The notes beneath the pieces are model-generated. The model made no database searches, was not told the DNA's origin, and was given only the letters and a program-made list of their open reading frames with translations. From Minisyncoccota bacterium (GTDB lineage Bacteria > Patescibacteriota > Minisyncoccia > Phycocordibacterales > UBA9973), in NCBI GenBank assembly GCA_036169735.1, contig JAVHNX010000051.1, forward strand, positions 8,569-72,568: a stretch of DNA of 64,000 bases, written 5' to 3'. The translations under genes were made by a program, and so were the position numbers. Of the stretch, positions 29,063 to 37,766 are shown in pieces (the first letter of the stretch is position 1; the number at the start of each line of letters is the position of its first letter).

Positions 29063-30160
29063 CTATCGATTCATTGGCATTATCAAATAAGTGAAAGATG
29101 AATCTGATACTCCCGTGATTAATATCGGACTGGAAGCTTGATTAAACTTAATAGAAATACTATCTGTGGTGATTGATTGGAAACAATCAAGGAAGTATTT
29201 GTAATTAAAACCAAGTTCTATCTCCTCTCCGGATATTGCAGCATCGAGTAAAGTTTTGTTCTCTCCCACGTCGTTGTTTTGGGATGACAATTCAAAAATT
29301 TTCTCTTTTGGTCTGATACTCAGGTTCACTTGATTAAACTTGTCTGAGAAGATATTTGAGAGCTTCAGGGCATTCAGTAGGTCTTGTTTCAAGACAACTG
29401 CTTCAGTCTTAAATTCTTTTGGAAGAATCTGACGATAATCAGGAAACACTCCATCAATCACCCGAGAAGTTAAGTAAGTATTACCAGAAGAAAAAGAAAT
29501 CTGATTTTTATTAAAACAAACACTCATAGCACCAGTAAATTCTCCAAAGACTCGTAGAATTTCAGGAACATTTTTAAAAGGAATAAGAATACCAGGGATT
29601 TCTTCTAAACCTTTAATTTTTACTTTCTTTTCAGCTAAACGGAAAGAGTCAGTAGAAACAAAGACAAGATTATCTTCATTGGAATAAATATAAACACTAG
29701 ATATTTCGGGTTTAATATCAGAAACTGAGGAACTATAATAAACAGCTTTAATACCATCAATTAATTTTTTCGCATCTATTTCAAAGGTTGTTCCAGATAC
29801 TTGTGGAATAGTTGGAAAATCATCATGGAGCTGGCCTTTTAGTTTTATTTTACTTTTCTTTGTTTTAATTATAATATTTCCGTCTTCACCTTCGATTGAA
29901 ACATTTTCGTTTTGAATAATGTTTGAAAAAATACCAGACAAAACAGTTCCAGCAATCGCTGCTACTCCCTCTTCTTCTATCTTGGCTGGTATTTCAATTT
30001 CAATACCAAGACTTAGATTAGTTGCACGAAGTTTTAAAGATTTACCTGAAGCTGTAAAAAGAATTGAACTTAAAACAGGAAGAGTTAAATTCTTTCCAGT
30101 TATTCTTTCTACTTGGTTAATAGCATTTTTTATTTTTTCTATTTCGCATTCTAGTCTCAT
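29063..30160 (-). CDS. dnaN: DNA polymerase III beta clamp
   Basis: ATNL, DFP, STDSFRL, FPDY, GFNYKY, IMPM. Confidence 0.97.
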   Translation of the reverse strand: MRLECEIEKIKNAINQVERITGKNLTLPVLSSILFTASGKSLKLRATNLSLGIEIEIPAKIEEEGVAAIAGTVLSGIFSNIIQNENVSIEGEDGNIIIKTKKSKIKLKGQLHDDFPTIPQVSGTTFEIDAKKLIDGIKAVYYSSSVSDIKPEISSVYIYSNEDNLVFVSTDSFRLAEKKVKIKGLEEIPGILIPFKNVPEILRVFGEFTGAMSVCFNKNQISFSSGNTYLTSRVIDGVFPDYRQILPKEFKTEAVVLKQDLLNALKLSNIFSDKFNQVNLSIRPKEKIFELSSQNNDVGENKTLLDAAISGEEIELGFNYKYFLDCFQSITTDSISIKFNQASSPILITGVSDSSFTYLIMPMNR

Positions 30161-30418
30161 ATGTTTATTTCTTATATATATAATCTATTAATAGTATTAG
30201 TAGTGTGGATAAGTGTATAACTCTATTTGATATTAATTTATATACTTATTTTAGTTATTTTAGTTTAATTTTACTCTAATAACTTTTTTACTTATCAACA
30301 CCCCCAATGAATATATTTTTTTAACCCAATATTTATTCTTTACTTATTCTTCATTTAATATTATTTGTTAACATGTTTTATTTTGTTTATTATTAGTTTT
30401 TCAACTACTTATACACAA
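30161..30418. other. oriC: Replication origin oriC (dnaA-dnaN intergenic part)
   Basis: Very AT-rich; DnaA boxes TGTGGATAA (30204), TTATCAACA (30292) and TTATACACA (30409); TAN trinucleotide run abutting the first box. More boxes lie upstream of dnaA (31820, 31831, 31904). Confidence 0.85.
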
Positions 30419-31762
30419 CTATTTAAACATTATTCTTATCTGTTCCAACTCTTGAACCAACTGTTGATCATTCTTTAAATCCTCTTTGATTTTTAAATAT
30501 GAGTGAATAACTGTAGTATGATCCTTCCCTCCTAACTTCTGTCCTATCAAAGGATAAGATACATTGAAATCTTCTCTTAAAATATACATGACTACCTGTC
30601 TAGCTTTTACTATTTCTTTTCTTCTAGTCTTTTCATAGATAGATGACTCATCTAAATTGTAATGATCACTCACTATTTTAACAACATCTTTGATAGCTAC
30701 ATTTTTCTTGGGACGGATGTTGTTTTTAAGTAGGTTTTTAACCTCAGGTAGAGTTAAGGGTCGATTTTTTAACCGATAATGGCAAACAATTGTATTTAGA
30801 CTACCCTCAAGTTCTCGGATATTTCCTTGAATTGCTGATGAAATATATTCTAAAATGTCTTGATCTAAATCAATACCGAGCTCTCGAAGTTTTACTTTTA
30901 AAATGGCCATACGTGACTCGTATTCAGGTTCAGAGACGTCTACTATCATTCCCGCAGCAAAACGAGACTTGAGGCGGTCTGCGAGTTCAGGGATGTGGTT
31001 TGGATGTTTATCGGAAGAAAAAATAATTTGTTTATTACTTTCATAAAAAGTATTGAAGGTATGAAAAAGTTCTTCTTGAATTTTTTCCATTTTACCAATG
31101 AATTGAATATCATCGATGATTAATAAATCATATTTACGATATTTTTCTTTGAAAGAATTAGCTTTGTTTCCTTGAAGAGAATTTATAAAGTCAGTCGCAA
31201 ACTTTTCGAGTGTCATATAGTGAGCCTTCTTGTTTGGATATTTATCTTTAATAGAGTTTCCTACTGCTTGGATAAGGTGAGTCTTTCCAAGTCCTGTGTT
31301 TCCATAAACAAAGAAAGGATTATATTTTGTTCCAGGGTTTTCTATAATTGCTTGAGATGCAGCATAAGCTAATTCGTTGAAAGTACCTACAATAAAGGAA
31401 TCAAAGCGATAACGTGGGTTCAAATTGTCATCAGGACTGATATATAAATCCTTTAAAGGTAACTCCTTATTTACATAAGTTTCATTTGTCTTCGGTTGTT
31501 CTCTCTCCTCAGCTTCTGTCTTAGTAATAATATATTCAACAGCACGCATATTTTCAAAACCATCAGCAATAGTTTTTGAGATTAGTTTATGATATTTATT
31601 TTTTAACCAATCACGTACAAACTCATTTGGTACTCCAACATAAACTACACCACCATCTTCTTTTAAGATAGAAGTATTTTTGAACCATGTGCTAAAGTTT
31701 GCTTTTGAGACACCTGCCTCAATTTCTACTAAACAATTTTTCCAAAGTTGTTTTATTTCCAT
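30419..31762 (-). CDS. dnaA: Chromosomal replication initiator DnaA
   Basis: YNPFFVYGNTGLGKTHL, IDDIQF, RLKSRF, NIRELEG, GGKDHTTV. Confidence 0.98.
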   Translation of the reverse strand: MEIKQLWKNCLVEIEAGVSKANFSTWFKNTSILKEDGGVVYVGVPNEFVRDWLKNKYHKLISKTIADGFENMRAVEYIITKTEAEEREQPKTNETYVNKELPLKDLYISPDDNLNPRYRFDSFIVGTFNELAYAASQAIIENPGTKYNPFFVYGNTGLGKTHLIQAVGNSIKDKYPNKKAHYMTLEKFATDFINSLQGNKANSFKEKYRKYDLLIIDDIQFIGKMEKIQEELFHTFNTFYESNKQIIFSSDKHPNHIPELADRLKSRFAAGMIVDVSEPEYESRMAILKVKLRELGIDLDQDILEYISSAIQGNIRELEGSLNTIVCHYRLKNRPLTLPEVKNLLKNNIRPKKNVAIKDVVKIVSDHYNLDESSIYEKTRRKEIVKARQVVMYILREDFNVSYPLIGQKLGGKDHTTVIHSYLKIKEDLKNDQQLVQELEQIRIMFK

Positions 31763-31851
31763 TAGTTCCTATTATACTATCCCTTTCAACTTAAGGAACT
31801 TCCCAAAACTTATTAACTATGTTTATAAGCTGTTGATAACTTTTTTAATAA

Positions 31852-31899
31852 TCCCCTATGTCAGACTTAGGGGATTTCCCCTAAGTCTGACATAGGGGA
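31852..31899. repeat. Family E REP doublet in the dnaA-rpmH promoter/origin region
   Basis: Perfect 23-bp arms tcccctatgtcagacttagggga-tt-tcccctaagtctgacatagggga. Confidence 0.85.
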
Positions 31900-31954
31900 A
31901 ATATGTGGTTAATCAAAATTTGATTTATTATAAATAATGTTATAGTATGTACTC

Positions 31955-32092
31955 ATGTCACAGACATACCAACCTAAAAAAAGAAAAAGAGCTAAAACTC
32001 ACGGATTTCTAGTTAGATCCAAGACAAGTACTGGCAAGAAGGTTATTCAGAGCCGAAGAAGAAAAGGACGCGCACAACTTTCAACAGTTTAA
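31955..32092 (+). CDS. rpmH: 50S ribosomal protein L34 (absent from ORF track)
   Basis: MSQTYQPKKRKRAKTHGFLVRSKTSTGKKVIQSRRRKGRAQLSTV. Confidence 0.96.
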   Translation: MSQTYQPKKRKRAKTHGFLVRSKTSTGKKVIQSRRRKGRAQLSTV

Positions 32093-32099
32093 TCTTTTT

Positions 32100-32492
32100 A
32101 TGCTTCCCAAAAAGAATAGAGCCGATAGAAAGTCAGTTGAAAAGATTTTTAAAGAAGGTAAATTTGTTAATTCTCAAAATTTAACACTTAAATTCATTAT
32201 TAATAAAGAGGCAAAACCTGAGTTATCAGGTTTTGCCTCTTTTGTTTCCCCACAGATTTCTTTTGTAGCACCTAAAACAGTCAGTAAAAAGGCTGTAGTA
32301 CGTAATCTCTTAAGACGACGTGGTTATACTGTTTTAAAGCCTTTTTTAAATGTCTTCCCTTCTAGTTTTACCGGTGTCTTTCTTTTTGGTAAGAAAAGTA
32401 AGGATATTTTCAGTGGAAGGAAGAATAAAACAAGAAATCCTATTAAAGACCTTGAAAATGAAATTAAAACTATACTTAATAAGCTTCATTAA
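32100..32492 (+). CDS. rnpA: Ribonuclease P protein component
   Basis: MLPKKNR and [15 protein letters not shown] (RNR motif); synteny with rpmH. Confidence 0.92.
   Translation: MLPKKNRADRKSVEKIFKEGKFVNSQNLTLKFIINKEAKPELSGFASFVSPQISFVAPKTVSKKAVVRNLLRRRGYTVLKPFLNVFPSSFTGVFLFGKKSKDIFSGRKNKTRNPIKDLENEIKTILNKLH
32205..32242. repeat. REP doublet (REPIN-like), in frame inside rnpA
   Basis: Perfect 17-bp arms aaagaggcaaaacctga-gtta-tcaggttttgcctcttt; core aggttttgcct is 1 mismatch from the RAYT REP aggtcttgcct. Confidence 0.8.
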
Positions 32493-32673
32493 TTTTTATC
32501 AAAAACATTTAAGCCCTCTAAAACGGCCTAGTTGTGTTTTTTATCCTACTTGTTCTGAGTATACCAAAGAAGCTATTAATAAATATGGTATTTTAAAAGG
32601 TGTTTTTCTGGGAATTAGACGTATTTTGCGTTGCCATCCTTGGCAGAAAAATCATATTGATCCCGTTGTGTAA
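32458..32673 (+). CDS. yidD: Membrane protein insertion efficiency factor
   Basis: [28 protein letters not shown]. Confidence 0.93.
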   Translation: MKLKLYLISFINFYQKHLSPLKRPSCVFYPTCSEYTKEAINKYGILKGVFLGIRRILRCHPWQKNHIDPVV

Positions 32674-32796
32674 AAACCTAGTTATCAAAAATTTTCTGGC
32701 GGCCAAGACGCAGCCAGTGTCCGCAGGCGAAAATCTTTAGTAATCGTTTTTTATTGTATATTTTGCATTTTACTTATTTTCATATAGAATGGACTA

Positions 32797-33549
32797 ATGC
32801 ATGAAATTTGGAACATTGTTTTATATAAACCTCTTGTTAATACTCTAGCTTTTTTGGTTTCTGTCGTCCCTGGTGGAAATGTTGGTGTAGCTATTATTGT
32901 CCTAACAATGCTGGTTAAAACAGCCCTTATCCCCCTTTCTCAGCGTTCTATTGAAAGCCAGGCCAAGATGAAACTCTTGGAACCTGAAATGAAGAGTATA
33001 AAAGCTAGTGGAGCGACCAAAGAAGAACAAGCGAAGCAAACAATGGAGCTTTACAAAAAGCATAAAACCAACCCTTTCTCTGGGTGTCTTTTAGTTTTGA
33101 TTCAAATACCAATAATTTTTGCTCTTTATTATGTATTTTATAAAGGTATAAAATTTGATGACAGTATTCTTTATTCTTTTGTTCACGTTCCAGAAAGAAT
33201 CAATATGTTTTTCCTTGGAATGGATCTTAGCCAAAAGAGTATGTTATTAGCCGTTCTTGCTGGTGTCTCTCAATTCTTACAGGCATACTACATGCTTAAA
33301 ACAGCACCTTCTAAATCTTCCGATAAAGCTTCTTTCCAAGAAAGTTTTGCTCAAAGCATGCAAATGCAGATGAAATATTTTTTACCAATTCTAATCGTGT
33401 TTATTGCTTATAGTATTTCCGGCGCAATAGCCTTGTATTGGATTACAAGTAATATGTTTACTGTAGTTCAACAAATATATGCTAATAAGAAAAAGATTAG
33501 TATTGTTGTTCATGGTTATAAGTTAGAAACATTAGGAGATAACAAATAA
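32797..33549 (+). CDS. yidC: YidC/Oxa1 membrane insertase (short form)
   Basis: G.AII.LT..VK, NPFSGCL..LIQIPI, ALYWITSN. Confidence 0.94.
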   Translation: MHEIWNIVLYKPLVNTLAFLVSVVPGGNVGVAIIVLTMLVKTALIPLSQRSIESQAKMKLLEPEMKSIKASGATKEEQAKQTMELYKKHKTNPFSGCLLVLIQIPIIFALYYVFYKGIKFDDSILYSFVHVPERINMFFLGMDLSQKSMLLAVLAGVSQFLQAYYMLKTAPSKSSDKASFQESFAQSMQMQMKYFLPILIVFIAYSISGAIALYWITSNMFTVVQQIYANKKKISIVVHGYKLETLGDNK

Positions 33550-33554
33550 AACAT

Positions 33555-34046
33555 ATGGATAAAACAGAAATACAAAACTTAATAAAAGAATTGATTGAAA
33601 ATATGGCAATTTCCGTTAAAGAAATTGTTGTTTCCCAAGAAGATGATTCTAAAACCGTTTGGTATTCAGTAAGTGTTTCTGAACCACATTTCTTTACTAC
33701 TCGCGAAGGAGAGGCTCTTGCTTCTCTTAATCACCTTGTTAGAAGGATTATTGAATCTAAAACCCCTATGTCAGACATAGGGGAAGCTAAAAATGCACAA
33801 TATAATCCTATCCTGATAGATATTGGTGATTTTCAAAAGAAAAGAGTAGCAAATATTAAAACAATCGCTCATATGATGGCTGAGAGAGCTCGTTATTTCA
33901 AATCAAATATAGAAGTTGACCCAATGTCTGCTTTTGACCGTCGTATTGTACACGAGCATCTTTCAAATGCTACAGACCTTAAGACAGAATCATCTGGTTT
34001 TGGTCCTACTCGCCGAGTTGTTATTAAATATATTGGAGAACTCTAA
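33555..34046 (+). CDS. jag: Jag/KhpB-like RNA-binding protein (KH plus R3H)
   Basis: PMSAFDRRIVH...TESSG.GPTRRVVI R3H motif; lies after yidC. Confidence 0.88.
   Translation: MDKTEIQNLIKELIENMAISVKEIVVSQEDDSKTVWYSVSVSEPHFFTTREGEALASLNHLVRRIIESKTPMSDIGEAKNAQYNPILIDIGDFQKKRVANIKTIAHMMAERARYFKSNIEVDPMSAFDRRIVHEHLSNATDLKTESSGFGPTRRVVIKYIGEL
33763..33783. repeat. Single family E REP (21 bp), in frame inside jag
   Basis: cccctatgtcagacatagggg, within TPMSDIGE; nearly identical to the arm at 31853. Confidence 0.8.
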
Positions 34047-34158
34047 AATAAAGATTTTTGTTTTAGAAAGCATTGCGCAGGCCGACGGGCCGAGCATAGC
34101 AAATTTTCAGCAGAAAATTATGTGCGGTTTATAAAATATAAATCTTTATTTTAGAGTT
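34039..34158 (+). repeat. Family A element, intergenic copy overlapping the jag stop codon
   Basis: Core gcattgcgcaggccgacgggccgagcatagcaaattttc-agca-gaaaattatgtgcgg; arms aactctaaaataaagattt.../...aaatctttattttagagtt. Confidence 0.9.
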
Positions 34159-34163
34159 GGGTT

Positions 34164-35549
34164 CTATTTGAGGTTTAATTTCCAAAGATAAGAGTTATTT
34201 TTATTCACAAAAAATAGATAATTTTCTCCATCATCCAATGCTAGTTTTATTCCATCCATATCCTCCCCTCCTATGGTTGAAGCAGGATCGAGAATCAATG
34301 ATGCATTGTTATTGGTAACATTTATTTTCCATATTTGATCTGAGAAAGAAACTTGTCCTTGATACCAAACATCTGGGTATGCCAATTGATCAACAAATTT
34401 CGGCACTGAACAATAAAGCGAATCACTATTTTTACCCCAAACGCATTTTTCTGGAAGAGTCTTTAATCCAAGAGGATTTGAACTTCTTGAATCTAAACTA
34501 TAAATACTAAGTGCTAGATTGTTGTTGCTATAAAGAACAAGTTTACCATTTGGACTAGTTAGAGTAGTAAGTCCGTTTATATTTCCTAGTATTTTATTAA
34601 AATCTTTCTTATTTGGATCGACTGCATACATATAACCTGGAACAGTAGCTGATGGTTTTGTTGTTAAAGTAATCATTTTTGTATTAGGCCATTGAGATAA
34701 CCATTCTGTGAAAGGAGAATTAAACACTTGAGATTTTTTATCACCAAGTGAACCAGAAGTTATACCTACAGTGCCATCTCCGATATTAAAAAAATAAAAT
34801 AGTTTTAAAGTGTCAGCTGACATACTCAAATCTGAAATATTTTCTGGAAAGAAAGATCCTTTAATTTGATTTTCCCCTGTTGTATCTGCTCCCAATACTT
34901 CTTTTGGTAAACTACCAGTGAAAGTCTCGATAGTTCTGTCATCTGTTTTTAAATATCGCATGATTACAGACTCACCTTTGTTTCCAAAATGAGCTTCATA
35001 TATAATTGGAATTATTGTTGTGGTAAATTTACGCTCTTCTATTTTATCTGCGAAAGTTTGGTAGATATTTCCTGTTGCACGTTCTACATATCTTACTGCT
35101 GGCACAAATTCAGTTGGTGGGGATGTTGGTTTAACTGGAGTTTTAGTTTTTGTAGTAGTTTTTTTTGTTGTACTGGTTGTTGTTGTGACAACTGGTACTG
35201 TTATATCGACTGGTGCTACGACAGGTACTACTACTGGTAATTCTTTGAATCTCTCTTTCATAAATATTCCAAATCCTGCAATAGGCATGCTTGATACTTT
35301 GGTCAACTTAAGTTTAGGTGCTTCTACTACAGGTGCGGGCTGAAATCCTGAAACATCAGCTGGTGCAGTAGGTTCGACTGGTGCTGGTGTGCTTTTAAAG
35401 AAAGGAAAAAATTTGGAGACAAAGTTTGATCCAGGTGAGCCAGCTGTTGTTGCTATTTGATTAGTATTATAAAAATAGAAAAAACCTAAACCAACAGCCA
35501 ATATGGCTATTAGAATAATTATTAAAAGTGTAAAGTTTCTTTTTTGCAT
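34164..35549 (-). CDS. Membrane-anchored protein with Pro/Thr linker and probable beta-propeller
   Basis: N-terminal TM, RYVERATGNIY, LPEKCVW..LYCSVP, WYQG..SFSD. Confidence 0.75.
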   Translation of the reverse strand: MQKRNFTLLIIILIAILAVGLGFFYFYNTNQIATTAGSPGSNFVSKFFPFFKSTPAPVEPTAPADVSGFQPAPVVEAPKLKLTKVSSMPIAGFGIFMKERFKELPVVVPVVAPVDITVPVVTTTTSTTKKTTTKTKTPVKPTSPPTEFVPAVRYVERATGNIYQTFADKIEERKFTTTIIPIIYEAHFGNKGESVIMRYLKTDDRTIETFTGSLPKEVLGADTTGENQIKGSFFPENISDLSMSADTLKLFYFFNIGDGTVGITSGSLGDKKSQVFNSPFTEWLSQWPNTKMITLTTKPSATVPGYMYAVDPNKKDFNKILGNINGLTTLTSPNGKLVLYSNNNLALSIYSLDSRSSNPLGLKTLPEKCVWGKNSDSLYCSVPKFVDQLAYPDVWYQGQVSFSDQIWKINVTNNNASLILDPASTIGGEDMDGIKLALDDGENYLFFVNKNNSYLWKLNLK

Positions 35550-35566
35550 ATTATAATTATTTTTTT

Positions 35567-36700
35567 TTATTTTCCATCAAAAGACCAGTGCCAAGGCTCT
35601 TTTGAAAAATTAATAAGACCATAACTCCCTGCGTTAGCTTTTAACCAAATAAAGCATTTGTTGTCTTGTGTCTGGATTAAAACTCCTTCACATGTGAAAT
35701 CAAAAGCTAGACCACTTTCATGTCTTGATGTGCCTGGTACAGCAGTCGGAGGGTGGCATGTTGCTTTTGCATCATAAATACTCTGACTACCTCCACAATT
35801 TTGTGCCCTAAGATTTTCTTGAGATTGTTTTGATCTAAAGGAACCACCAGCCAGTTTGATTTGTATGCTTTGTGACCATGCTGAGTTAATCAAACTTTTT
35901 GCACCATTTGAAATTCTTTTACAGACCAAAAAATCTCCACCGGTAGTAGTTATTTTTTCAAATCCTTCTGTACATAAAGCATAAGGACCGCTCGGTGGTA
36001 TATTGCTAGTAGGGCCCACTGCCATAGCCGGTGTTTCCTCTTCTTGGATCGTTGCCTGCGGAATACCACTCAGACTCACATCCAAGAGTTGCGGGTTGAT
36101 TGTGAAAAGTAATGCATAAGCACCCAATGCGATTATAAGACCAAATATGGCATTAGTGATTCTCTCCTTCCCTTCTTCTTTGTGTCCTGAAATTTCACTA
36201 GTCATGTATTCGATACCACCGATGACTATCATTATCATTGCCAACACAGCACATATACCAATAAATAATCTAATTAATATATTTAAGTAGTCCCCAAAAG
36301 AATTAGCTTTTGCAGAGTCAAAAGTTGTTTGTAAGCCTCCTGATCCATTAGGTAGTGGAGCAAGTGGTGTATATGTTGTGTCTGTATTAACAGATCCACT
36401 GGCACCAGGTATTGGCACCGGTTTGTAAACATTTAAGGCAGTGGTACAACTATCAAAGGTATCATATGGACCTTTCCATACAATACCTGGATATCCGCCC
36501 TCAAGTGGCAAAAACCAATATTTTTGTACTGGCATTATAGTATTTGTATTTTTATCTATTGGATAACTTTTGCAAACTAACGTAGATTCAGCAACTGGTG
36601 GTTCAGTGACTTGGGCTTTTGAAAAAGAAAAAAAAGAAAAAACACCTAAAAATAAAATTATGATAACTAATATTTTATTTTTTAAATTTAACTTTTTCAT
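35567..36700 (-). CDS. T4SS-pilin-like protein fused to an M15/VanY peptidase
   Basis: Two-TM pilin segment (AMIMIVIGGIEYMTS...GKERITNAIFGLIIAL..Y.LL..INP) plus FRS..Q, PGTSRHESGLAFD and EPWHWS. Confidence 0.82.
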   Translation of the reverse strand: MKKLNLKNKILVIIILFLGVFSFFSFSKAQVTEPPVAESTLVCKSYPIDKNTNTIMPVQKYWFLPLEGGYPGIVWKGPYDTFDSCTTALNVYKPVPIPGASGSVNTDTTYTPLAPLPNGSGGLQTTFDSAKANSFGDYLNILIRLFIGICAVLAMIMIVIGGIEYMTSEISGHKEEGKERITNAIFGLIIALGAYALLFTINPQLLDVSLSGIPQATIQEEETPAMAVGPTSNIPPSGPYALCTEGFEKITTTGGDFLVCKRISNGAKSLINSAWSQSIQIKLAGGSFRSKQSQENLRAQNCGGSQSIYDAKATCHPPTAVPGTSRHESGLAFDFTCEGVLIQTQDNKCFIWLKANAGSYGLINFSKEPWHWSFDGK

Positions 36701-36703
36701 ATA

Positions 36704-37690
36704 TTAAAAATTTATAATGAGTTCTTTTTCCTTACTTTGGAAAAGAGTTAAGGTATTATTAATCGCTACTTTGATTCTAGCTGATCCTGTTTGTCCGCTG
36801 ACTGGCTTGATTGCTAGTATGTTTTTAGGATCAGGTGTTTGTGTTGGTTGACCATTAAAAGACCAGTCAAAAGTTAGGTCTGGTGACTGAATATTTTTTG
36901 GTGAAAAGAAATATGGTTCTACAACAAGGATTTCCCCGTTTGCATTTATTTGTAAACCATTAGTTAACGCTTTTTCCCATTGTGTACCAAGGGATAGATT
37001 TTTTTTGTAAAAAATTATTTGAGGCTTTACTGTATTTAAGGTAATAGTGCCTGAAGTATTTGTAGTTCCAGAGATGTCTGATGCAGTTACTTGTACAACA
37101 TTATTTTCATCTAAATAACTGTTTTTGAAAATAAAATAACTTTTACCCCATCCAGAATAGTCTGGCTGACTAGTAGAATCCTTGGACCAAGAATAAGAAA
37201 GATTGCTAGCATTTGATTTACCTGTTGATGTTATTAGATTTGGTATTGCTACTACTTTAAAAATTCCTTGACTAGGAGCCAATGCCTTGCCTTTATAAAA
37301 AGGCGGAGTATATGAATCATAAGCCTCCCACAACATGTCCATTTCTGTAGGTGTTAGAGTTATATTCTTTATTATGCTTTGCCCGTCGATAGTGTTCATT
37401 CTTGCCTCTAGTATTAAAGAAGATCCCATATTTCCAGTATTAAAAGAAAATGATTTTTTACCAACACCTGAGATTATTTCTTTACCATTTACTGACCAAG
37501 AAATATTTGCTTTATTAAGATCTAAAACATAACTACCCAAAGTGGCGTTTATGTTTTGGTTTGGAGCTGGATATGTTGGATTGATATTCAAAGTAACATC
37601 AGTATTTTGAACCTGAGCAAAGACTGTTCCTAAAAAAGAACAAAATAAAATAATGGCAACGAATATTGATTTTTTAATCAAACTTATCAT
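36704..37690 (-). CDS. Secreted Ig-like repeat protein
   Basis: Signal peptide; three beta-rich units with SWSVNG / YSWSKD / DWSFNG. Confidence 0.7.
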   Translation of the reverse strand: MISLIKKSIFVAIILFCSFLGTVFAQVQNTDVTLNINPTYPAPNQNINATLGSYVLDLNKANISWSVNGKEIISGVGKKSFSFNTGNMGSSLILEARMNTIDGQSIIKNITLTPTEMDMLWEAYDSYTPPFYKGKALAPSQGIFKVVAIPNLITSTGKSNASNLSYSWSKDSTSQPDYSGWGKSYFIFKNSYLDENNVVQVTASDISGTTNTSGTITLNTVKPQIIFYKKNLSLGTQWEKALTNGLQINANGEILVVEPYFFSPKNIQSPDLTFDWSFNGQPTQTPDPKNILAIKPVSGQTGSARIKVAINNTLTLFQSKEKELIINF

Positions 37691-37766
37691 ATTATTGTTC
37701 TATTATACTCCCATTTGCTTGAATGGCATACCCCATTTACCGAAAATGTATCACTATTTTTAGATA

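Noticed and set aside
33916-34134. 72-aa ORF ending in ESIAQADGPSIANFQQKIMCGL
   Set aside because: Out-of-frame overlap with jag running into the family A repeat; it shows the core is stop-free, not that a gene exists.
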